From the NCBI GenBank assembly GCA_963784995.1, contig CAWATZ010000006.1:264853-328852 (forward strand): a stretch of 64,000 bases of DNA, in the 5' to 3' direction. Shown in pieces: positions 49,853 through 61,598 of the stretch. Source of the stretch: an uncultured Planctomycetota bacterium. GTDB lineage: Bacteria > Planctomycetota > Planctomycetia > Gemmatales > Gemmataceae. The notes below the pieces were generated by a model that was given only the letters and a program-made list of their open reading frames with translations, did no database searches and was not told where the DNA came from. Every line of letters starts with the position of its first letter. The first letter of the stretch is position 1. The translations under genes were made by a program, and so were the position numbers.

Positions 49853-52800
49853 ATGTTTCAAACCAACTTCGAGATGCGAATGGCCGGCCGGGTGCGTGAG
49901 CTGCTGACCGCACACACGCCGGAAGAAGCGGCCCGGCTAGCTTTGGGCCGGGTGCGCAAGGCGTTGACCGACTGGAAGCCGGGGCTGGTCTTCGACCCGG
50001 CCCGGCTGCGCACCGTGCTGGCCACGCCGCTGAATGGTCCTGTCCTGGAGATTGAGCGCGCATTTCTCCCTGGGCTGGCTGGCCTGGCTGGCCGACGATC
50101 TGTCCGAGGCCGCGACCCTGCTCACCGAGGCGTTCAACCGCTGTCCCAGGGACAGCAACAATGATTGGTTGCCGCTGACCGCCTACTGGCGTGCCCGGGT
50201 CCGCCTGCTGCTGCAACAGCCCGAAGCGCTCGCCGACTACGAGGCGGTGCTGCGCACGCTCAAGGGGTCGCCGCAGGGCACGGCCTGGTTTGTCGATCTG
50301 CTCTGGCGGGCGGGCCGGGTCGATCGGGCCGAGCAGGTCTGGAAGTCGGTGCGGACCAACAAGAAGGTGACCGCCTGCGAAGAGGGACCGCTGCTGGAGG
50401 CTCGCTCCATGCTGCGCCGCGGCGAGCTGGGACCGGCCGAGAAGGCGCTGACCGAGGCCGCTCCGACCAGCGGCGTCCTTCAGGTGGAGCGGTGCCTGCT
50501 CCTGGCCTGGATCAGTACAGCCCAGAAACAGCCGCAGAAGGTCGCCGAGTGGCTGGAACAGGCCGGCCAGGGCCCTTACCCGGTCCGGGCCCGGGAACGC
50601 TGGGCCCGACTGCTCCAGTGGCGCGGCCAGGCGACGGGAGTCGCCGACCTTGCCGAGCTGCAATCTCCGCTGCTGCGCGACCTGACCCGGGGACAGCAGC
50701 TGCGCCTGGAAGGTAAGCCGGACGAGGCGGTCGCCGCCCTGCAGCAGGCCCGGGGCAATCCGCTGATCGAGCCGTTCGCGCGCTATGCCCTGACCTGCCT
50801 GGGCAAGGACGATCCGGCCGCGGTCCTGGCCAGCCAGCCGGGGCTGTTCCTGGCCCAGCGCTGCCGGGCTCGGCAGACGCTGGAGCGCTTCCGGACCCGG
50901 CAAGCCAGTCCGACTGAGCTGCTCGATACGCTGCACAGCGCCAGCGCCAGCAAGTTCAGCGACAGCGGCGTCGAGCATTTCCGCCAGCTGGCCCTGCTGC
51001 TCCAGCGCCGCGAACCGCCCGTGGACGAACTCCACAGCATCCGGGAGTCTGCCGCCGAGGATCCGGTCCGGCGACGCAACCTGTTCCGGGCCGCCCTGGA
51101 GACGGCCGTGCGCCGATTGCCGGCACCGGCCCTGCGGCAATTGCTTCAGGAATGGGCCCGGTTGCCCTGGCTGGAAGGCGAGCCCGAGCTGCGCGCCCTG
51201 CTGGCGCGTCCCTTGCTCCGGCTGATCTTGCAGCAGGGATCGGCCGAGGAATCGGAACGAGCCCTCCTGGAACGATTGCATCCGGAGGAACCGTTGCTCG
51301 CCCTGCTCCCGGACACAAGCCCGGAGCGCAAGCGACGGGACAGCCCCGAACGTCCCAGCGCCGGCGCTTTGGGCTTGTTGCAGGCCGCTCACTCCCTGGC
51401 CGCAAAGCCCGATCTCGATGGGGTGGAAGCGGAAGCCTGGCGCGAGCAGGTGCGTCAGCTCCGCGAATCCGGTCGCTGGAAGGGATTGGGCCAGGCCCTG
51501 CTCTTGCAGGAGGCCGCCCGCCGTGGCGACGTGCCGGCCGTGGCCGGCCTGCTGGAAGAGGTCGATCCCTGGCGTGCGTTCCGTCAGGGGCCGCCCCGGT
51601 TCGTGCTGCGCTCCCTGGTCGCGCTCGTTTCCCGCCAGCCGGGGCAGGGGGCCTGGAAGCGATCCCTGCCGCAGTGGCTGCAATTGTGGAACCTGGCCGC
51701 CCTCGGAGCGGAGGGACAGACCCTGGCGGCCCAGGCGGGCCTGTCCTCCGCGGCGACCGCTTCCTCGGAGCCGCCCGCCGGAGTGCCGGCCGTGCCCTGG
51801 TTCCTCCATCTGGCCGCTCGCGCCCTGGCACCGAAGAGCGATAACCCCACCGAGGCCCTCGCCTTTGTCCGCCGCGCCCTGGCTGCCGATCCGGAACTGG
51901 CCAGCGTGTCCGATGCGACCGTCGTCCGGGAAGCTCTGCCGGAGCTGGAACGTCGTGCGCTGGCTCGGTCCCTGACAGCGCTGACCCAACCCGAGGGGCA
52001 ATCAGCTCTCCCGGCCGGTCTGCTGGTCGATGCCGTCGATCTGCTGCGCTCCCTCTCCGAGGGACAGACCCTGCTGGACGCCCTCCAGCAAGGGAACCCC
52101 GAACAAGCTCGCGCGCTGCTGCAAGGCTTGCTCCAGAAGCCGGAGCTTCCGACCCGGCTGCTGCATCACCTGGCATTGCTGGAACTGCGTGCTGCCCAGG
52201 CACTGGAAGAGAAAGACCAGACCGACCAGGCCGATCCGCACTGGCGGCTGTCGTGGCAGGGCTGGTTGCGTTTCCTGGGCGAGCCCGGCCCGGAGGAAGA
52301 TCGCTCCGGGCTGCTGGACTTCTTGCTGGGTCTGCACCGCAGCCGGGTCAACGCCCTGCTGGCTCGCGGCGAGGTGGACCGCGCCCGCCGGCACTGGAAC
52401 ATTGTGCAGGAATTGCCGGGACTGCGCCGCCGCGATCAGCGAGGCCCTCGGTGCCGACCTGGGTCAGCGTCTGGCCCGCTTCCGGGACGACCTGGCCGGC
52501 GAGTACCTGGTCACCACGCGGGAGGCGATGCGCTATGGCAACGTCGCCGAGGGGATGCACGCCGACTACGACAAGGGCCTGTCCTACCTGCGCCGGCTGC
52601 TGAGCCTGGACAAGGACAACGTCCGGCTGCTGACCGCCCTGATGGAGGTGTGCGGCGAGTATTTCCTCGACCTGTACCACGCCGGCAGTCCGCCCGCGCT
52701 GATCGAGCAGGTGGAGCGCTTCTTACCCTTTGCCCTGCAGCTGGCCCGGCTGATTGAGGACCAGCCCAGCGCTCTGGCGGCCCGCGCCGCCCTGGCCGAG

Positions 52801-52941
52801 TATTGCAAGTTCCGCGGCTTCATCACCCGCGATCGGGAGCAGAAGAAGGCCCTGTACCGCGATGCCCTGCGCTTCAACCCGGCCAACGAGAACGTGCGTG
52901 ACCTGCTGGCCGCCCTGGAAGCCCCCGCCGAGGAGGAGTGA
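49853..52941 (+). CDS. Large (~1000 aa) alpha-helical TPR-like / hypothetical protein; two apparent frameshifts (~50060, ~52430)
   Basis: Three ORF-track pieces (49853..50164, 50034..52757, 52030..52941) read collinearly. Leu/Ala/Arg-rich helical repeats. Confidence 0.45.
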
Positions 52942-53396
52942 CCATGACCGCACCCAATCCCTACGAGGTGCTGCGCCTCGACCCCACCGCCAGCGAGGAA
53001 GAGATCGTCCGCCATGCCGGCCGGCTGCGGCAGCGCGTCACCGACGAGGAGACCCTGACCGCGATCCGCCAGGCCGTACAGGCCCTCACGGCGCGTCCCG
53101 AGGACCGTCGCCGGCTGGCCCTGCTGACGCATCCGCGACCCGAATACGCGCATCCGGCCCTGGACCGGCTGGCCGGCGCCTTTCGCCGGCCTCCCGCCGC
53201 CACCGAATCGGCCGGCCCCTTCCCCGAGCTGGACGAGCAGGAGTTCCGGACTCTGCTGATGGGTCAGGCACTGGAGGAGCTGGACCTGCCGCCGATGGTG
53301 TTCGAGCCCGTCGCCTCGGCCGAGGACGCCGCCGAGATTCAGCGGCAACTGGCCGAGGCGCTGTGGCAGAGCTTGCTGGCGGACCTACGGGCCTGA
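52938..53396 (+). CDS. J-domain-like hypothetical protein (NPYEVLRLDPTASEEEI...; no canonical HPD)
   Basis: Start overlaps the upstream stop (ATGA), implying translational coupling. Confidence 0.45.
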   Translation: MTMTAPNPYEVLRLDPTASEEEIVRHAGRLRQRVTDEETLTAIRQAVQALTARPEDRRRLALLTHPRPEYAHPALDRLAGAFRRPPAATESAGPFPELDEQEFRTLLMGQALEELDLPPMVFEPVASAEDAAEIQRQLAEALWQSLLADLRA

Positions 53397-53642
53397 GGGA
53401 GGCCGAGCCGGTTCGTTGAGCGCTTCCAGGGTACTTTCAATGCGCTGCCGGGCCCGGGCCAGGATCACGCGCGCAGACTCCACGGCCGCCAGCGCATCCT
53501 GGACCGCGTTCAGGTACGCCCGCCGCTCCAGGTACAGCAGCGGATCGTCGGCCTGCGCGCAGAGCAACACTTCTTTCGCCAATCCTCGCGTCAGTTCGTC
53601 CAGACGCTGAATCCGTGCGATCACGTCTGTCAGGGTGAGCAC
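53385..53642 (-). CDS. Small hypothetical protein (85 aa)
   Basis: ORF only. Helical, Leu/Ala-rich. Confidence 0.3.
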   Translation of the reverse strand: MLTLTDVIARIQRLDELTRGLAKEVLLCAQADDPLLYLERRAYLNAVQDALAAVESARVILARARQRIESTLEALNEPARPPSGP

Positions 53643-53768
53643 GTTTGCCGTCCTCCGACGGCTGGGACATAAACAAGTGTATACTTCAACCGGCGAGGAA
53701 GGGAAGGGCTTCTTTGGGATCGTCCGGTCCCGTCGCTAGCGCCTCCGGGCTTGTGTGCCATCGCCTTC

Positions 53769-55160
53769 TCAGGCGTAAACCTCAATCGCCCTGATGATCT
53801 CGTCCAGATCGTTGGGCACCTGCACGGCCCGGTTGGCGAAGCTGGCCCGCTTCACGCCCCGATGGCCCAGCACCTCCTCGAACACCTTCGGATCGGTGCT
53901 GTGGTACGCCACCGTCGCGGTCGGGTCCTTGAGCTGATGGCCGGTCAGGATGCACACCACGCGCTCGCCCGGCTCGATGATCCCCTCCTGCCGCAGTTTG
54001 CGTGCCCCGGCCACGCTGGCCGCAGAGGCCGGCTCGCAGCCCAGACCGCCGGCGCCGACCTTGGCCTTGGCGTCCAGGATCTCCTGATCGGTCGCCTCGC
54101 GCACCACGCCGCCGCAGCGCTCCAGGGCACGCAGCGCCTTGGGAAGGTTCACCGGCCGATTGATCTCGATGGCGCTGGCAATGGTCGAGGCCCGAATCCC
54201 TTCCGCGTCCAGGCCGACGTAGTAGCTCTCGACCATCCCTGTCTCCGGCCGGCCCGCATTCCAGACCAGGCGAAAGCGCTCACAGAGCTGGTAGAACGTG
54301 TTGGCCCCGGTGGCGTTGATCACCGCCAACCTGGGGATGCGCTGGATCAGTCCCAGCTGGTGCAGCTCGACAAACGCCTTGCCGAAGGCGCTGCAATTGC
54401 CCAGGTTGCCGCCGGGCACCACGATCCAGTCGGGCGTCTCCCAGCGCAGCGCCTCCAGCACCCGGTACATGATGGTTTTCTGGCCTTCCAGCCGGAAGGG
54501 GTTGACGCTGTTGACCAGGTAGATGCCCAGTTTGCGCGACACCTGCTGCACGCGCTGCATGGCGTCGTCGAAGTCGCCAGCGATCTGCACGGTCAGGGCG
54601 CCGTGATCCAGGGCCTGGGCCAGCTTGCCGTAGGAGATCTTGCCGCTGCCGATGAAGATGACCGCACGCATCAGCCCGGTGGCGGAGCAGAAGACGGCCA
54701 GCGAGGCGCTGGTGTTGCCGGTGCTGGCGCAGGCGGCCCGGCGGGCCCCGGTCATGCGGGCGTGCGTGAACGCCGCTGTCATGCCGTTGTCCTTGAACGA
54801 GCCCGACGGGTTCAGCCCCTCGTATTGCAGAAACAGCTTGCCCGGCTGCATGCCGACGTAGCCGGCCACGCCGTCGGCCTGCTGCAGGATCGTCTGGCCC
54901 TCGCCGATGGTCATGACCTTCTCGGGCGGAGCAAAGGGCAGCAGCTCGCGGAAACGCCAGACGCCGCTGAAGCTGAGCGGGTTGCTGCGCTCCGACCAGC
55001 GGGCCTCGAACTCGCGCAGGGAGCGGGGCGGCCGGAGACGGTCCCAGTCGTAGGAAACGTCGAGCAGGCCGCCGCAGCGGGGACAGACAAACGAGGTTTC
55101 TTCCACGCCGCAGGTGGTGCCGCAGTCGGGGTTGATACAGCGCTGGCAGACAGCGTCCAT
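53769..55160 (-). CDS. thrC: Threonine synthase (archaeal-type N-terminal zinc-ribbon)
   Basis: PLP-lysine motif ...GSFKDNG... N-terminal CQRC...CPRCGG. Overall ThrC collinearity. Confidence 0.85.
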   Translation of the reverse strand: MDAVCQRCINPDCGTTCGVEETSFVCPRCGGLLDVSYDWDRLRPPRSLREFEARWSERSNPLSFSGVWRFRELLPFAPPEKVMTIGEGQTILQQADGVAGYVGMQPGKLFLQYEGLNPSGSFKDNGMTAAFTHARMTGARRAACASTGNTSASLAVFCSATGLMRAVIFIGSGKISYGKLAQALDHGALTVQIAGDFDDAMQRVQQVSRKLGIYLVNSVNPFRLEGQKTIMYRVLEALRWETPDWIVVPGGNLGNCSAFGKAFVELHQLGLIQRIPRLAVINATGANTFYQLCERFRLVWNAGRPETGMVESYYVGLDAEGIRASTIASAIEINRPVNLPKALRALERCGGVVREATDQEILDAKAKVGAGGLGCEPASAASVAGARKLRQEGIIEPGERVVCILTGHQLKDPTATVAYHSTDPKVFEEVLGHRGVKRASFANRAVQVPNDLDEIIRAIEVYA

Positions 55161-55174
55161 GAAATAGTCCGTGG

Positions 55175-56754
55175 TCAGTAGTCCTGTGCGGAGAAGCGCC
55201 AGCAGGCGAGACCCAGGAAGAGGAGGATGTACAGCGAGGTGACCAGACAACTTTCGGCCCAGTTGAACATGCTGTACCGCTTCTCCAGCCCACTCCGCTC
55301 CGCGTCCGGCAGCGTTCGCTCCTGCAGGGCCCTGTCGCCCAGCCAGTCCAGGTCCAGGTAGTGCGGCAAGGCGGCGTGGGCGACAGTGGCCGTGTTGTAG
55401 ATCCATTCGGGAGCGAGTTTCCCCTTGGCCTCCGAGGTGCTGCTGGCGAAGTAGTAGCCCCAGCCCATGCCAAACAGCAGACCCCACATCAGCACACAGC
55501 CGACGATGCAAACGATCGGGCTGCGCGTCAGCACTGCCAGGAGGGTGGACAGGGCGTAGAACAGGGCAAACTCGAACGTCAAGATCGGCAGCGCATACAG
55601 GAAGGCCGGTTCCCAGACGCTTGTCCGCAACCCCAGGACCACCCACAGGCCCACAACCAGCACAGCCGTGTTGAGGAACATGAAGGTCAGACCACCGACG
55701 TATTTGTAGATGAGCAGGCCCGGCCGAGTCAGTGGCTTGGACAGCAGCAGGTCGATGGTCCCCTTGCGGAGCATGTTCGGTACGTAGAAGGCGGTGATGA
55801 TGCAGCCGAGCAACATGATCGCGGGCGCCCCAAGCCTGGAGATGATCCATCTGCTGATGTTCGTGACCATGTCGCCCGGCAAGACCGAACTGCCCAGCGG
55901 AATCCCGCCAAAGAGAAGGCTCGCCTTGTGAGGCCAGGCCAGGTAGGTGGCCCCCCGAGGAGTAACCTTGACCAGGAATTTGTGAACCTCGCCTTCAACT
56001 TCCTTGGTAGTGATCCGGACATCCTGGCCTTCCTTGACCGGCACCCGGGTCGTGATCTTGATGGTGCGCTCGTTGGGCGGCAGATCAAGCATTCGCACCT
56101 CCGTGACGCGCCAGTTGCCCTGGCTTTCCAGCTGTTGCTTGATGAATCGCTCCTGGTCGTCCTTGCTGAGCGATTGCGTCTCCTGGGCCAATCGCTTGAC
56201 CAGGTAGGCCTGGAACTCCTCCAGGAGCTGATTCTGCTGCGCCACCGCAGGGTATTTCTGTTTGAGACGCTGGATTTCCTGTTCCAGGTCTCCCTGGAGC
56301 TGGCGGTGCGCGTCTTCCGGCCAGTCTTGCTGCGCTTTTCCCGCTCTTCCTCGTCCTTGAAGTCCTGCATCAGGACGACGATCCAGCTGCCCTGGGGCAC
56401 CAGGTCGCGCGACTCGATGACGAACTGATACTCGGCCGACCAGGGCCGAGACTGGTCTTCTGGCTCCTTGACGTCCTCGACGGTGTAATGGGTGAACGAG
56501 GGGGTGGCCTTGGTCCGGCCAACGATTGGCAAATCGATGGTCTCCGAGCCGTCGAAAAAGCGGGTGGTGATGTTCTGGAAGCCCTCGTCCGACGGGTTGG
56601 GCGTCAACGTCACGGTCGCCATGAGCAAGATGGCCAGCAAGGAAATGCCGGCGACGACAAAGAAGACCATGTTGTCGATGGTCTCGCGCAGCGAATCTCG
56701 AAGGATGGCCAGGAACTTCATGAGCAGATGCCCTTTTGCACTGGGGAGCCTCAC
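55175..56754 (-). CDS. ABC-2-type transporter permease; frameshift near 56340
   Basis: N-terminal TM in the 55729..56754 frame, large extracytoplasmic loop and C-terminal TMs in the 55175..56791 frame. ATGA overlap with the upstream ATPase gene. Confidence 0.6.
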
Positions 56755-57734
56755 TCGACCGGTTCGACGTTCGCGATGTCCTCGCTGGCATCCCGGCGGC
56801 GCTTGCGGCGGGGCTTGCGGTCCACGCCTGGCTCGACTGCCTCCACCGTCGCGATGAACAGGTCTTCCAGCGATTGCCGTTTCTCGACCAGATGGCGCAA
56901 GTGCAAGCCCTGCTGCAGGATCAACTGCACCACCGGATCGATCGACTGACCGTCCAGCAAGGTGATTTCCCAGTTATCCCCGTCCCGGCTTACCTGGTGT
57001 CCCAGGGCCTTGACCGCGTTCACCGGCAGCAGTTCCTCCTTGGCCAAACCGATCTCGTACAGCCCGGACTGGCGCGTCAGCGTGTTGACGTCGCCCTGGC
57101 GGATCAGTTCGCCCTGCTGGAGGATCGCGACCTGATCGCAGATCAGCTCGACCTCGCCCAGCAGGTGGGAATTGATGAAGACCGTCTTGTTCTCCTGCTT
57201 GAGCGTTTCCAGCAGGTCGCGGATCTCGCGCCGGCCGACCGGATCGACGCCATCGGTCGGCTCATCGAGGAAGATCACCTCCGGCTCGTGCATCAGCGCC
57301 TGGGCAATGCCCAGCCGCTGCTTCATCCCCTTGGAGTAAGTACGGATCTTGGAGTGCATCCGCTTCTTCAGCCCCACCAGCTCCAGAATGGGCGGAATGC
57401 GCTTGAGCCGTTCCCGGCGCGGCACCTCCAGCAAGGTGCCGTAAAAGTCGAGCAGGCTGGCCCCGCTGTGGTAGTCGGGAAAGCGATGGTCCTCGGGCAA
57501 GTAGCCCACCCGCTTGCGGACGCTGCTGGTGCCGGCGGGGTGGCCGAGCAGCTCGGCGCTGCCCTGGGTCAGCCGGGTGATGCCCAGCAGGATCTTGATG
57601 AGCGTGGTCTTGCCGGCGCCGTTCTGGCCCAGCAAGCCGAAGACCTGGCCGCGCTCGACCGTCAGGGACAGGCCCTTGAGGGCCTCGATCCGGCCATAGT
57701 GCTTGACCAGGTTGTTGGTGACGACAACGGACAC
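56751..57734 (-). CDS. ABC transporter ATP-binding protein
   Basis: Walker A GQNGAGKTT, signature SKGMKQRLGIA, Walker B IFLDEPT. Confidence 0.85.
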   Translation of the reverse strand: MSVVVTNNLVKHYGRIEALKGLSLTVERGQVFGLLGQNGAGKTTLIKILLGITRLTQGSAELLGHPAGTSSVRKRVGYLPEDHRFPDYHSGASLLDFYGTLLEVPRRERLKRIPPILELVGLKKRMHSKIRTYSKGMKQRLGIAQALMHEPEVIFLDEPTDGVDPVGRREIRDLLETLKQENKTVFINSHLLGEVELICDQVAILQQGELIRQGDVNTLTRQSGLYEIGLAKEELLPVNAVKALGHQVSRDGDNWEITLLDGQSIDPVVQLILQQGLHLRHLVEKRQSLEDLFIATVEAVEPGVDRKPRRKRRRDASEDIANVEPVE

Positions 57735-57930
57735 GATGCTTCTCCCCGGTACGGAACCTGCAAGACGGAGTTAGAGTAGCGAGAAGGAGGCCCAAAGGAT
57801 AGGGGAGCCGTCTCCTGCACTGACCTGGCATCGCTTCCCGCCAACCAGGCGGACATTGATTCCCTCAGCTGCTAAAACGAATGGTGTGTCCACCCAGGCT
57901 GTTGCACGGGCTGAGGGAGGATGGTAAGCC

Positions 57931-60000
57931 ATGTTCGTCGGCAAACGGCACGTCTGCATCTCCGGGCTGTTCGGGACATTCCTTTGGGTTTCCGCGGGGT
58001 TGCTTGCCGCGGATGAGCCGGTCCCCAAAACAGAAGTGACCGGCAAGGAACGCATCGACCGTTACGGCGATCCATTGCCGGCCGGGGCGCTGATGCGCCT
58101 GGGGACAGTCCGCTACCGCTTCAGCGAGCACGCGGTCGCCTTCCTGCCGGACAGCAGGTCCGTCGTCTCCATCGGCGCTGGTCGGGCCATCGCCTTCTGG
58201 GACGCGCGGACCGGCCGGCTGCTTCGTGAGATCAACACTACCCAGTTCTCTCCGGGCCAGGCCGTCGCTTTTTCGCCCGATGCCAAATACGTTGCCGTCA
58301 GCGGCACGGTCCCCGACAAGGAGACCGGCTGGCGGAGTCTTGTCCGCGTTTACGACACGGGCTCGGGCAGGATCGTTCGGACCTTCGAGGAGAAGCCCCG
58401 CGATGGCGCTCATGCCCTGGCCCTGAGCCCCAACGGGGACCTGCTGTTCTCCATCGGTCGTGAAGGTATCGTCCGCATCGAGGAGGTGGCGACGGGCGCC
58501 GAGCTGCTGCGGCAGAAATTCCCGGGCGACGTTCTGGCCTCCCTCGCCCTGTCTCCGGATGGCACAATGCTGGCGCTGTCGTCGGGGCCGAACACGCGCA
58601 AGCTCTTTGTCTGGAGATGGCAGGCAGCGGAAGGGCCGCGCGAGCTGAAGGACCCAAACTACCGCGGCCGGGCTTTGACGTTCTCCCCGGATGGCCGGTT
58701 CCTGGCGGCTTGCAGCGATGACAGCCCAACCGTGTTCCTCTGGGACGTCCTCGTGGGCCGATTGCAGCGCAAGCTGGAACTGCCCGACCATGAGACCTAC
58801 TACCACTACCACGCGGCCTTTTCCCCGGACGGCAAGGTCCTGGCCGCATCCGCCATCCACAACGAGCGGCAGGCGGTCCACCTGTGGGACCCGGCGACGG
58901 GGAAGTTTCTCCGGCGGCTGGACCTGGGCAGCGGGCCCCTGGCGTTTTCACCGGACGGCAAGCTGCTTGCTGCCGGCAACCGCATCTGGGACTTCACCGC
59001 CGGCAAGGAGCTGTCGGCCAACGACAAGGCTCATCGGGGCACCGTGGAGGAGGTCGTGACCGGCCCGAACAACCTGGTGGTGACGGTCGGCTCCGACAAC
59101 ACCATCCGCATCTGGCAGGCGATCACCGGACAGCAGCAGCACTGCCTGGTTCACGGCGGCTGGGTTCGCGACATTGCCCTGTCGCCCGATGGCAGCCGGC
59201 TCGTTTCCAACAGCCTGGACAATACCGTGTGCCTCTGGGACGTCGGCACCGGCCGGAAGATTTACCGGCTTCCTGGACATGGCCGGCTGGGCGGCCGACG
59301 GGCCGTCGCCTTCACGGCGGACGGCAAGTCGTTCCTGGCCTGGGGCGACGATGCGTACCTGCGCCGGTGGGACGTTCGCAACGGCAAGGCCATCGCTGAA
59401 CACGCCATTCGCCCCACCGGGATCAAGGTACTTGGCGAGGATGCGGAGCCGTTCGAGCGCGACTTCATGGACTTTGGCAAGGGCCGGCTCACACCGGATG
59501 GGAAGCACCTGATCCAGCAGGCGGCGGACAGCTTTTTCCTGTTCGATTCGGCCACGGGAAAAGAAGTGCGGAAGTTCCCCATCGACAGTGGCCTCGTCCT
59601 CAATCTGGCCCTCTCGCCCGACAGCAAGCTGCTGCTGGCCAGTGCCTGGGGCAAGCCGGTGAAGACGAAGTTGCCCGACGGCAGGACCCGGATCTCTTCC
59701 GCGAAGAACCATACGGTGACCTGGTGGGACCTGGCGACAGGCAAGCGTCTTGGGCAGATCGTCCTCCCCGAAGGCGGGGTCGGACCGGTCGCCTTTGCGC
59801 CCGATGGCAAGTCCTTTGCCCTGGCGTCCACGGAGCTGGCCGGGGCCATCCGCGTGGTGGAACTGGCCACCGGTCGAGAGGTCCGGAAGATCGAGCGCAT
59901 TGGGGGCGTGGTGCGGTCGCTGGCGTTCCTGCCTGACGGCAAGCGGTTGGTCTCGGGCATGGCGGATAGCACCGCCCTGATCTGGGACCTGACGCGCTAA
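57931..60000 (+). CDS. Secreted WD40-repeat (two propellers) protein
   Basis: Signal peptide. Many ...FSPDGK...LWD... WD40 units. Confidence 0.8.
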   Translation: MFVGKRHVCISGLFGTFLWVSAGLLAADEPVPKTEVTGKERIDRYGDPLPAGALMRLGTVRYRFSEHAVAFLPDSRSVVSIGAGRAIAFWDARTGRLLREINTTQFSPGQAVAFSPDAKYVAVSGTVPDKETGWRSLVRVYDTGSGRIVRTFEEKPRDGAHALALSPNGDLLFSIGREGIVRIEEVATGAELLRQKFPGDVLASLALSPDGTMLALSSGPNTRKLFVWRWQAAEGPRELKDPNYRGRALTFSPDGRFLAACSDDSPTVFLWDVLVGRLQRKLELPDHETYYHYHAAFSPDGKVLAASAIHNERQAVHLWDPATGKFLRRLDLGSGPLAFSPDGKLLAAGNRIWDFTAGKELSANDKAHRGTVEEVVTGPNNLVVTVGSDNTIRIWQAITGQQQHCLVHGGWVRDIALSPDGSRLVSNSLDNTVCLWDVGTGRKIYRLPGHGRLGGRRAVAFTADGKSFLAWGDDAYLRRWDVRNGKAIAEHAIRPTGIKVLGEDAEPFERDFMDFGKGRLTPDGKHLIQQAADSFFLFDSATGKEVRKFPIDSGLVLNLALSPDSKLLLASAWGKPVKTKLPDGRTRISSAKNHTVTWWDLATGKRLGQIVLPEGGVGPVAFAPDGKSFALASTELAGAIRVVELATGREVRKIERIGGVVRSLAFLPDGKRLVSGMADSTALIWDLTR

Positions 60001-60009
60001 TGAGCATTC

Positions 60010-60106
60010 TCCCCTCTCCCCAGTGGGGAGAGGGGTTGGGGGTAAGGGGTTTTGTCTTGATTTATCGTTTCGCGCTCGGTCGGCCCAGCGCGAAACGATA
60101 AATCAA
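60010..60106. repeat. REP-like composite palindromic element copy 3
   Basis: CCCCTCTCCCCAGTGGGGAGAGGGGTTGGGGGTAAGGGG ... GATTTATCGTTTCGCGCTCGGTCGGCCCAGCGCGAAACGATAAATC. Confidence 0.7.
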
Positions 60107-60136
60107 TTAGCCCGTACCCCTCTGAGAGGAATTGCC

Positions 60137-61309
60137 ATGATCCGAAAAGCTCGGTCCACTCCGCTCGGTGCTGTTGTGGCGACGTTGCTGCTGTCGGCCA
60201 TGCCGGCTGCTGCCGAGGAACTGCCGGTCGTGCGCGGCATCGCCTTCGCGCCGGATGGCAAACACCTGGCGGTCAGCACCGGCAATGCCAAGGACCCGGG
60301 CACGGTCTCACTCTGGGACGTTGCCACCCGGCAGCGCCTCTGGGTGTACGAGGAAAAGGCCGGCGTCCCGGCGGTCACGTTCTCCCCCGACGGCAAGACC
60401 CTGGCCATCGCCGCCTATGGGAAGGCGGCCCGGCTGCTCGACCCCGCCACCGGCAAGGTCAAGGCGACGCTGGAACATCCCAAGGAAGTACGGACGGTCG
60501 CTTTCTCGCCGGACGGCAAGCGGCTGGCGACCGCGTGCTGGGACAAGGTGGTGCGCGTCTGGGACCTGGCCACGGCGACCGAGGTCGTCCGCTGCGTCGG
60601 CCATCGGGATTCGATCTTCGTCACGGAGTTCTCGCCGGACGGCAAGCTCCTCCTTTCCGTGGGCGGCGACGATGGCGCCAGGCTCTGGGACGTGGCGACC
60701 GGCAAAGAGAAACACACTCTGAAACACTATTACATGCCTTGCGGCGGCTTCTCCGCGGACGGCCGCTGGGTCATCACCGGCAGCTACGACGGCACCACCC
60801 GCATCTGGAACAGCGCAACCGGCGCGGTGCGGGCCCGCCTCGACGGCACGGGCGGCGTGCATCAGCTGGCCGTTTCCGGGCCGGCGCGAATGGTAGCGGT
60901 CTGCGGTTACGGCCGGGACATCAGCCTGTATGAGCTGAACCTGAGCGAGCCGACCGACAAGGAGCGAGAACGCATCCGCGAACTGCTGGTCCAGCTCGAC
61001 GATGATTCCTATGACGTGCGGGAGGCGACCGGGCAGAAGCTCCTGGAGTTGGGCTTTGTCGCCGAGCCGGAGCTGCTCCGGGCGTCGCGGGAGGCATCGT
61101 CGGTGGAGGTGCGCATCCGGGCCCGCCGGCTGCGGCAAGAGATGCTCTCCCGGCCCCGTGCAACCCTGCGAGGGCACACCGATGAGATCCAGGCAGTGGC
61201 TTTTTCGCCGGATGGCAAACTGCTGGCGAGCGGAGGCAAGGATGGCACGCTGCGGCTGTGGGACGTGGCATCCCGGAAGGAGACCGCCCGTCTCGTGCCG
61301 GGGCGATAA
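60137..61309 (+). CDS. Secreted WD40-repeat protein with C-terminal HEAT-like segment
   Basis: ATG 60137 (MIRKARSTPLGAVVATLLLSAMPAAA). WD40 units, then ...DDSYDVREATGQKLLELG... Confidence 0.75.
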   Translation: MIRKARSTPLGAVVATLLLSAMPAAAEELPVVRGIAFAPDGKHLAVSTGNAKDPGTVSLWDVATRQRLWVYEEKAGVPAVTFSPDGKTLAIAAYGKAARLLDPATGKVKATLEHPKEVRTVAFSPDGKRLATACWDKVVRVWDLATATEVVRCVGHRDSIFVTEFSPDGKLLLSVGGDDGARLWDVATGKEKHTLKHYYMPCGGFSADGRWVITGSYDGTTRIWNSATGAVRARLDGTGGVHQLAVSGPARMVAVCGYGRDISLYELNLSEPTDKERERIRELLVQLDDDSYDVREATGQKLLELGFVAEPELLRASREASSVEVRIRARRLRQEMLSRPRATLRGHTDEIQAVAFSPDGKLLASGGKDGTLRLWDVASRKETARLVPGR

Positions 61310-61598
61310 TACGGATTCTGGGGAAGTGCCCCAAGAGGACCAGACGAGAAGGCGTGTGCTGCTGGCGTGGTGGCGGTGTCGCTTTTTTGTCATCCGTGGG
61401 GCAAGCACAGTCACGCAGCGGCATTTCCTGGGACACCGCCAGGCAAAAAGCGCCGTTGGCGGTGTGGCATCCTCAGCGGTGGTGTCTCGGCGGCCCCTCC
61501 CTCCCCAAAATCCGTGACCGTCAGCTTTCTTGCAATGTGCTGCAGCCCAGGCTGCAACAGATCGCCGAGCAACTGGCCCATTTGTCCAGCGGGTGCGG

